In this document: positions 57,358-64,000 of the stretch, one piece after another | Layout of the letters: each line of letters starts with the position of its first letter | Position numbering within the stretch: position 1 is the first letter of the stretch | Assembly: GCA_046155245.1 (NCBI GenBank) | Contig: JBJXDR010000113.1 | Span: 4,878 to 68,877, forward strand | Length of the DNA: 64,000 bases | Direction: 5' to 3' | Source: Rhodoglobus sp. | GTDB lineage: Bacteria > Actinomycetota > Actinomycetes > Actinomycetales > Microbacteriaceae | Made by a program: the position numbers and the translations under genes | Notes under the pieces: generated by a model | Database searches by the model: none | What the model was told of the DNA's origin: nothing | The model's input: the letters and a program-made list of their open reading frames with translations, nothing else

Positions 57358-60300
57358 ATGTCGAGCCAATGGACCGAGACCGCCGCCCAGTACGTCACGA
57401 GCACAACTTCGTGCCCGCGCTGTGACACCACTCTCGCCCAACCCGGACGATGCAGCGAGTGCGGCGCGGATCTGGCAAGTGCCCAGGCCAAGGAGGTGTG
57501 GAACTCGTCGCTCGCCGTTGCTGCTGCCCTCCGCCAACGGCAGACGCTCATCGATGGGCTGCCGAACTTCGCCGACGCAGCGGTCGCGAGCACGGTGCCG
57601 GCGCCGACCGCAGCACCGGCGGTCGCAGCCGCCGTCAGCCCGGCAGTCGCAGCAGCGGCCGCTACCGCCGGTGTCCCGGCGCTGGCGCAGCCAGTCGCGC
57701 GACGCACCAGCTCGCAGCTGAGCGTGCAGTCGGTGCTCGCGGTGGCCGGTGCCGGCCTGTTCGCTGTGGCGGCCATCGTCTTCACGTTCTTCAACCCCGA
57801 CCTCACCGATCTGGCAACGCGGTCGGCGATCATCGCTGGCATCAGCGCCGTCTTCATCGGCGGGGCGTGGCTGCTTTCCTGGCGTGGACTCACGTTCTCC
57901 GCCGAGGCGGTTGGCGCCCTCGGTGCGGTGTTCCTCGGGCTCGACGTGTGGGCCTTCTCGCAGGCGGCGCCCGACGGCGTGAGCGAGTGGTTGTTCGGCG
58001 GCATAGGGATGCTCGTGGCCGCGGCATCCCTGCTCGCACTCGCTGCGCTCGTGCGGCTGCGCACGTGGCTCTGGGCCGCGTTGGTGGGTATCGCGCTGAC
58101 CCCCGCACCGTTCGCCTACGCCGTGGATTCCGCGTGGGCCCCCGTGGTGGGGCACCTCGCGGTGGGCTTCGCCGCGCTCGGCGTTCATCTGATCGCACGG
58201 CGGTTCTCCAGTCGTTTCGCGAGCCCGCTCGCGGCCGACCACGGCACGGCGACCGTGATCACCCTGCTCGTGCTCGCCGTCGTTCCCCTGCAGCTCGTGC
58301 TGCTGCCGGTCGCGGGGTCGCCCGTCCGGGTCGGCCTCAGTTCTGCGGTGCTGGCTGCACTCGCCCTGATCGCTTGGCTCGCCGCGCGGGAGCAGCTGCG
58401 GCGGTTCTGGTTGTTCGCGTCGGGGGCGCTGATCACAACCGCGGTCGCGCTTCTGCCGCTCGTTGCCGACCTGTATGACTGGACTTGGTACCTCGCGTAC
58501 GTGCCGGCGGCCGCCGCAGTCGCCCTCATCGGGATAGCGCTCATCCGTCGGCCGCCCTTCCAGGCGGGCGCCCTCACGATCGCCCTGATCGTGTCGACAC
58601 CTGCGGCCGGAACCGCGGCGAGCCGGCTGGCGGCAATGCTCCTCGGCGGTGGTGAGTTCACCGGCAACGCGACCACCGAGCTTGCTGCGCTGTTCGGGCT
58701 TGCTGCGACCGCTCTCGCCTGCGGATTCCTCGCGTGGCGCACCCGAGGCGTGCGCACTCTCGCGCTCGCTCTGTGGATTGCGTGCCTCGCACTGCTCGCT
58801 CTCACCGTCTGGTCGGCGCTCGCTCTGCCCGCTCAGATCGTCGCGACCCTCGCGCTGGCCGTCGTTCTCAGCGCCGTGGTCGTGCGGGTGCCGATGCCGG
58901 TCGTCGCCCGCGTGCCGCTCATCGTGACGGCTCATGTCGGTGTGCTCATGGCCGCCGTGATCTCGTGGAGCGATCCGGCCAGCCGCGTGCTCGCCGGGGC
59001 GGCTGCGGTCGCCGCACTGTTCGCCGTCGCTCGCACGGTGCCCCTGAAGGTGCGGCCGGTGCACGTCGGTGTTGGCTACGCCTATGCACTCGTGATCGTT
59101 GCGGCGGCCTTCGATCTCGCCGGATTCGAGACGATCACAGTGCTTTGCCTCACCACGACCGTCGGCTCGCTCGCGGCCCTCGTGGTCACTCTGGTCGGCC
59201 GTTTCGGGCCGGGGACGTGGTACGCAGTTCTGATCGTCACTGCTGTGCCCTTCGCGATCGGCATCGTGTCGGTGCTGCTCGATCGCAGCGGCTGGACCGC
59301 TCTGTCGACCGGTGTCACCTTCGCGCTGCTTCTAGCGATCATGCTCACCCGCCGCCCCGGCCTGACGCTGGTCATCAGGGCCGGTGCGGCAGCGTTGCTC
59401 GTGCCCGCCCTCGCCGTCGTCGTGATCAGTCTGGGCGCGCAGGTGCTTTCTGTCAGCGCATCCCCCATCACGCTGCCGGTCATTGCCGTGATCGTCGCGT
59501 GCACCCTGCCCGCGACGGGCCTGATCGCGGCGGCAGTCGCCGCACAGGGCGTCTCCGAGGCGGATGCCGCGGTCGTGCGGGTCTGGATCGAGATCTCCTC
59601 GCTCGTCACCGGTGCGATCGCGGTGGTGCTCGCGCTGGTGCGGTCGGCAGCTGGCATCCCGACCACGTTCCTCGTGCTGGTGATTCTCGGGATCGGCGCC
59701 ATCGCGACGGCGGTCTTCGCGAAACGCCGTTACGGGTGGCCGGTTGCGGGCATCGCCTTCACCGGCGCGCTGTGGTGCGTGTGGTGGCTCGCCGGTATCA
59801 CTGTGCTCGAGCCGTACCTGTTGCCGCCAGCGCTCGGCACGGCTCTGGTCGCCGCGATTCTTGTCGCCCGCGATCGTCCCGGCATGGGGCTGTCCGCGCT
59901 CGGCCTCTACTGGACTGGGCTCGGAGTGGCGGCCGTACCCACCCTCGTTCTCCTCGCCCTCTCCGGATCCGACCAGGCGAGCCTGCCGTGGCGTTCGCTC
60001 GGGCTGCTCGGCTCCGCACTCGTGCTCATGGTCTTCGCCGCGCTCATCCCGCGCTTCGTGAAGGTCGGCGCCCTACGGCGAATCGGCCCGCTGCGCACCC
60101 CCACCCTCGTGGTGGCTATCGGTGCGGCATCCGCTGGGGCAATTCAGGGCATCCGCTACGGGCTCGGGCTCGACGCCGTGGCGGTCGCCAGCCGCGAACT
60201 CGTGATGCTGCCGGTGCTCGGATTCGCCGTCGCGGCGACAGTTCTCGCCGTGATCGCGGCCCGGATGCTCGGCTCGCGATCACGCTGGAGCTACGTGCCC

Positions 60301-60996
60301 GCCACGGTCTACCTCGTGGCGGGGCCGATCGCGGCGATCCGGGAGGGCTGGTTCCCGATCCTCACGGTGCTCGCTCTGGCCCTGCTGCTGCTCGCGCTCA
60401 TGATCGTGTCCACGGTGCGCGCGCGCTCCCGCGCCGTGACGCTGCCGCCGGTCTGGTTGACGTTCGCTCTCGCCTGGTGCACGGCCGTCGCCAGCTGGAG
60501 CCAGCGCGAGCTGCGGGTCGAGGCCTACTCGCTGCCTCTTGGGCTCGCACTGCTGGCCGTGGGCATCATCGCGATGCGTCCGCTGCCCGCTCAGACGGCG
60601 GATGCGGGCCCGACGCTCACCTCCTGGCCGATCGGTTTCAGCGGCTCCTGGCGCCTGCTCACGCCCGGCATCGTGGTCACACTGCTGCCGTCGATTCTCG
60701 CGACGGGAACCGATCCGCGCACCGAGCGCGCCATCCTCGTGATCGCGCTCGCCCTGATCGCCATCCTCATCGGCTCGATCCGTCGGTTGGCGGCCCCGTT
60801 CATCCTCGGCATCATCGCTCTGCCGATCGAGAATATCGTTGTGTTCGCCGTGCAGATCGGTCGCAACATCGGTGCGCTGCCGTGGTGGATCACCCTTGCG
60901 ACGGCGGGCGCCGTGCTGCTGGTGATCGCCGTCGGGTCGGAGCGCCGCACCGGCAAGGACAAGGGCACTGCGGCGCGGCTGCGGGATCTGCGGTAG
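57358..60996 (+). CDS. Large polytopic membrane protein (SCO7613-like C-terminus)
   Basis: N-terminal CPRC...CSEC, many TM helices, VEAYSLP and LPWWITLATAG motifs. Confidence 0.8.
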   Translation: MSSQWTETAAQYVTSTTSCPRCDTTLAQPGRCSECGADLASAQAKEVWNSSLAVAAALRQRQTLIDGLPNFADAAVASTVPAPTAAPAVAAAVSPAVAAAAATAGVPALAQPVARRTSSQLSVQSVLAVAGAGLFAVAAIVFTFFNPDLTDLATRSAIIAGISAVFIGGAWLLSWRGLTFSAEAVGALGAVFLGLDVWAFSQAAPDGVSEWLFGGIGMLVAAASLLALAALVRLRTWLWAALVGIALTPAPFAYAVDSAWAPVVGHLAVGFAALGVHLIARRFSSRFASPLAADHGTATVITLLVLAVVPLQLVLLPVAGSPVRVGLSSAVLAALALIAWLAAREQLRRFWLFASGALITTAVALLPLVADLYDWTWYLAYVPAAAAVALIGIALIRRPPFQAGALTIALIVSTPAAGTAASRLAAMLLGGGEFTGNATTELAALFGLAATALACGFLAWRTRGVRTLALALWIACLALLALTVWSALALPAQIVATLALAVVLSAVVVRVPMPVVARVPLIVTAHVGVLMAAVISWSDPASRVLAGAAAVAALFAVARTVPLKVRPVHVGVGYAYALVIVAAAFDLAGFETITVLCLTTTVGSLAALVVTLVGRFGPGTWYAVLIVTAVPFAIGIVSVLLDRSGWTALSTGVTFALLLAIMLTRRPGLTLVIRAGAAALLVPALAVVVISLGAQVLSVSASPITLPVIAVIVACTLPATGLIAAAVAAQGVSEADAAVVRVWIEISSLVTGAIAVVLALVRSAAGIPTTFLVLVILGIGAIATAVFAKRRYGWPVAGIAFTGALWCVWWLAGITVLEPYLLPPALGTALVAAILVARDRPGMGLSALGLYWTGLGVAAVPTLVLLALSGSDQASLPWRSLGLLGSALVLMVFAALIPRFVKVGALRRIGPLRTPTLVVAIGAASAGAIQGIRYGLGLDAVAVASRELVMLPVLGFAVAATVLAVIAARMLGSRSRWSYVPATVYLVAGPIAAIREGWFPILTVLALALLLLALMIVSTVRARSRAVTLPPVWLTFALAWCTAVASWSQRELRVEAYSLPLGLALLAVGIIAMRPLPAQTADAGPTLTSWPIGFSGSWRLLTPGIVVTLLPSILATGTDPRTERAILVIALALIAILIGSIRRLAAPFILGIIALPIENIVVFAVQIGRNIGALPWWITLATAGAVLLVIAVGSERRTGKDKGTAARLRDLR

Positions 60997-61001
60997 GCAC
61001 G

Positions 61002-61676
61002 TCAGAGCGCGGTGTAGACGACGACCTGTGACCCTGCCAGAGCACCCCACGCCAGCACGCTGAGCGTCAGAGTCGTGAGGATCGTGTGGGCGCGCTCGGC
61101 GATGATCAGCCGGCCCTTCACTCGCGCGAGTCGCGCGTCGTACCAGTAGGCGGAGGCGAGCAGCAGGAGCGCGATCGTCAGAACCCTGACGAGCAGGGGC
61201 GGATCGCCCCCGACGACGATCGCTCCCACCTGGTAGAACGCGATCACGCCCCACGGAACGATCGCCACCGCCGCACCGAAGGAGAACGGCCACGTCGACT
61301 CCGCCGCCCGTTCGTGCAGCACGAGGAAGAGACTCGAGCCTGCAGTGATCGCGTAAAGCGCGACGAGTGCCGCGGCATCCGTGACCCCGTTGAGTTGTGC
61401 CACGAGGAACACCACTACGCCCGACACCTGCGACCACTCCACCCAGCGGATGACCGGGCTCGGGCGCACCGCGTCGATGGCACGGCACAGCGCCGAGAAC
61501 ACGAGGAGCGTCACTGCGGCGCCTCCCAGGTTGACGGCTGTGAGCTGGATGCCGCCGCCGAAGTCGGCCGAGACCGGCAGTAGCACGGGGGCGGTGCCGC
61601 TGAGCAGGATGCCGACGGTGATGGCTTGGGCGGCGAGGAGGGCTGCCGCCACGATGTTCAGCGTGCGAGGGTTCAC
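61002..61676 (-). CDS. Heliorhodopsin-like 7TM protein lacking the retinal-binding Lys
   Basis: RWVEWS...LVAQLNG..D..AL, PF.FG....IVPW and ERA...L....LSVLAW match the heliorhodopsin pattern; GTG start with GGAG. Confidence 0.8.
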   Translation of the reverse strand: MNPRTLNIVAAALLAAQAITVGILLSGTAPVLLPVSADFGGGIQLTAVNLGGAAVTLLVFSALCRAIDAVRPSPVIRWVEWSQVSGVVVFLVAQLNGVTDAAALVALYAITAGSSLFLVLHERAAESTWPFSFGAAVAIVPWGVIAFYQVGAIVVGGDPPLLVRVLTIALLLLASAYWYDARLARVKGRLIIAERAHTILTTLTLSVLAWGALAGSQVVVYTAL

Positions 61677-61685
61677 AACTCCACA

Positions 61686-61721
61686 GTAGGGCGGACGGGA
61701 CTTGAACCCGTGACCGACGGA
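61686..61721 (-). other. att site: 3' half of a tRNA (probably Ile2/Met CAT type)
   Basis: TCCGTCGGTCACGGGTTCAAGTCCCGTCCGCCCTAC = anticodon 3' stem, T-arm and acceptor 3' strand; no 5' half present. Confidence 0.8.
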
Positions 61722-61843
61722 GTGTGCGCCCTTCACCACAACCCACACTCGCATGAACCGGTCCCCCGTCGACAGAAGCCGACGGTCCCCCCACGATCAC
61801 CTCAGAGGTAGATGTCTGTGAAGCCGCCCCGGGGCTCAGAGGC

Positions 61844-62230
61844 TTACGCCACTTCCCCATCGATCGGGTCGAATTCCCAAGTGCCGGGACGGGCGGCGCG
61901 CCCAGTGGCGTGGTCGATACGCAGGCCGGTCCTGATGGCCCCGCTCCTACGCCCGTCCGCGTTGAAAACAATCCGATTCGGCACCCCACACGCTGTCGCG
62001 AACTCGTGAACGTCAAAGTTGGGATCGGCGTGCAGGAGCACCTGAGCCATCACCCACATGACGTTTGTCCTCACGTTGTCGGTTTCTCGGCTGTCCAGGG
62101 GGTCGGCGATCTGCTTGCCCCTGTCCTGTGCCCACTGGTGTCCGGCACGATCCAACCTCCACGGGGAGTCGGACCAGTCATGCCCGCGCACTTCATCCGC
62201 GAGCTCCTGCGCAAAACGGCTCAACGCCAT
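61844..62230 (-). CDS. Hypothetical protein
   Basis: ATG with GAGAGG RBS; 128 aa; no family recognised. Confidence 0.7.
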   Translation of the reverse strand: MALSRFAQELADEVRGHDWSDSPWRLDRAGHQWAQDRGKQIADPLDSRETDNVRTNVMWVMAQVLLHADPNFDVHEFATACGVPNRIVFNADGRRSGAIRTGLRIDHATGRAARPGTWEFDPIDGEVA

Positions 62231-62464
62231 GATCGTTCCTCTCATAGAACTTCCACTTCCCACCGGATAGGGAATGAACGCCGTCTCCCCATGTTGGAGA
62301 CCGCTCATCTATTGTACGTCGCGCACCCCTTTGCGTCGAGGAGCGGGGCCGTTACCTTCCGCAGGGGGTTTGGCCCGCTCAGGTAGCAGTCACGTTTCAC
62401 CGAGCGGGTTGGAACCGCTTATTCCGGCACCGGGGCCGGCGCGGCGCGTGTGAGTTCTGGCGAC

Positions 62465-63340
62465 TCAAGCGATCCAGCGAGCCTGTCCACCCTTGATGAT
62501 CTGGAGGTCGGGGACCGACAACCCGTCTGAGTACACCGCGTACTCAGCACCAACGTGCTGGGTCTGAGCGGTGTGCGAGATGTCGAACGCCGCGCATCGA
62601 AGCCCTTCGTAGAGATCAGCCGTGATGCGCTCGTCGGCGTCGTAGGTCATGAACCACCGAAGGTCCGTGCGCCGAAGTTGGTCGGCCAGCTCCCGATGGT
62701 CCTTCAGGCTGAGAGAGTCGAGGTACAGGTGCTCTCCCTGCACGAGATATGGCGGGTCCACATACACGAGCACATCATGTCCGTACGTCTGCATGTCATC
62801 GAGGAAGACGCGGGCGTCAAGTTCCGTCAGACGTACCCGGTTGCGAAAGGCACCTAGATAACGAATCTTGTCAGCGAGGTCGTCCCGGTTGAACCGGGCG
62901 TCGATCTTCCAGTTTCCAGTTTGGTTGAGTCCCCCGATAGGACCGGCGTTCAAGATGCCTGACCGGTTGCATCGGTTGAGGAAGAAGGTTGCGAAACCGA
63001 GTTCTAGATCGTCGTGGCCCTCCGGGTTCATGTAGATGGCCTTCGCCTCATGCCAGGCATCCATGGTGATGGGATGGCCCAGGAGGAGCTTCGTGAAGGC
63101 GTCCGTCTGTGTGAACATCGCGCGCCAGAATGCAGCGATGCCGGGGCTCAGGTCGTTGATGTGAGCGGTGCGGACTTCCTCGTTCACCAGCAGACGGAGA
63201 GCGGCCCCCGCCCCCCCGGCGAACGGCTCGGCGTATTGTCGTGGGCGTGGCGCTTGTGCCGCCACCAGCCGAGCCAGGTAGTCGGATAGCCGACTCTTCC
63301 CGCCTGGGTAGCGGAGTGGGCTCAGGGATTTGAATCTCAC
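62465..63340 (-). CDS. DNA adenine methyltransferase (Dam/D12 class)
   Basis: PLRYPGGKS, EPFAGGAG, FFLNR, YVDPPY; GTGA overlap with the upstream gene. Confidence 0.93.
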   Translation of the reverse strand: MRFKSLSPLRYPGGKSRLSDYLARLVAAQAPRPRQYAEPFAGGAGAALRLLVNEEVRTAHINDLSPGIAAFWRAMFTQTDAFTKLLLGHPITMDAWHEAKAIYMNPEGHDDLELGFATFFLNRCNRSGILNAGPIGGLNQTGNWKIDARFNRDDLADKIRYLGAFRNRVRLTELDARVFLDDMQTYGHDVLVYVDPPYLVQGEHLYLDSLSLKDHRELADQLRRTDLRWFMTYDADERITADLYEGLRCAAFDISHTAQTQHVGAEYAVYSDGLSVPDLQIIKGGQARWIA

Positions 63341-63999
63341 GTTACGGGGTTCTCTCCTGCGTAGTCGTCCAAGCGCTGCAGGAACGGTTTGAATGCCGAT
63401 GATAGCGCGCGCACGTTGGCCGGACCGGGATCCGCTAGGTAGCTGTGCACATAGGCGTTCATCTGATCGACGCCGAGACCACTGCCGCTCGCGTCCGCCT
63501 GGCTGTTTATCCACGCCATCGCGAGGGCCCGGTCTCGGTCGACTGTGTGCTCGATGTTCGGATCAAGCTTCTTGAGGGCGATCTTGAATTTGGACCTGAG
63601 TTTTGCGCCGTCCTCAAACCATCCTCGCTCGACTCCCACCTCGGTCACGGCCATCTCAAGGATCACGCGAAGCATCACAGCGCAGACCCCCGGTGCGGTG
63701 TCTATCTTGACTTTCTGAGCATCGACAAGGAGCGAGCTCGTGCGAAGGCTTACGTGCCGAAGAGTCACCGTCTGGTAGATCTTTGTGTCCGGACGCGGTG
63801 TTCTTCGTCCACCTCGACCTCCCGTGGCCGTGCCGCCGGAGGTGGTTCCTCCTCCTGATGTACCGCCGCCTGATCCGCCGCTAGGCCCTCCGCCGGTTCC
63901 TCCGGTGCCACCCCCACCGGACTGACCACCACCGGGCTGGCTACCGCCGGGCTGCCCGGCCGGGAACCGCTCCCGTGCCAAGGCAACCACGTCATTGAT
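63337..63999 (-). CDS. Methylase-coupled protein, C-terminal part: Gly-rich linker + possible HEPN-like domain (5' truncated)
   Basis: Frame open to the window edge; MLRVILE and MNAYVH motifs. Confidence 0.6.
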   Translation of the reverse strand: MNDVVALARERFPAGQPGGSQPGGGQSGGGGTGGTGGGPSGGSGGGTSGGGTTSGGTATGGRGGRRTPRPDTKIYQTVTLRHVSLRTSSLLVDAQKVKIDTAPGVCAVMLRVILEMAVTEVGVERGWFEDGAKLRSKFKIALKKLDPNIEHTVDRDRALAMAWINSQADASGSGLGVDQMNAYVHSYLADPGPANVRALSSAFKPFLQRLDDYAGENPVT

Positions 64000-64000
64000 G

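Larger units (their letters stand above)
61686..64000. mobile_element. Left edge of a tRNA-integrated genomic island continuing beyond the window
   Basis: tRNA 3' fragment followed by non-core genes including a DNA methylase. Confidence 0.7.

Noticed and set aside
61686-61760. Complete tRNA gene
   Set aside because: D-arm, anticodon loop and 5' acceptor strand are absent

Overview
High-GC actinobacterial chromosome segment (gene content and order fit Microbacteriaceae). 1-19990 is the right part of an integrative conjugative element (ICE). It carries an M23 peptidase, two DUF6112 pilin-like genes, VirB6-, VirB4- and VirD4-like genes, SSB, a giant methyltransferase/SF2 helicase with a nested out-of-frame TnpV-like gene, an AbiE-type toxin-antitoxin pair, and a tyrosine integrase plus excisionase. 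The ICE ends at a 21-bp copy of what reads as the 3' end of type I glnA (ELYFSV*) followed by a UUCG hairpin, so it appears integrated in glnA1. Inside it sits an approximately 1.1-kb non-autonomous Tn7-like mini-transposon (5-bp target duplication, asymmetric transposase-site arrays) whose only cargo is a PHP-family gene. A hipBA module with three evenly spaced operators follows. About 21.7-61.7 kb is mostly conserved backbone: glnE, glnA2, panB, map, ppgK, rnpB, RNase H, Nif3, tRNA-Val, ahpE, aceE, FasR, fabD-fabH-acpP-fabF and a PolA-like gene, plus a VIT1/two-component/ferric-reductase/FMN-binding/ApbE cluster. At 61.0-61.7 kb there is a heliorhodopsin homologue that lacks the retinal-binding lysine. 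It is followed by a tRNA 3'-half att site and the start of a second island with a Dam-like methylase coupled to a possible HEPN-type partner. All family assignments come from motif recognition by eye; no database searches were run.
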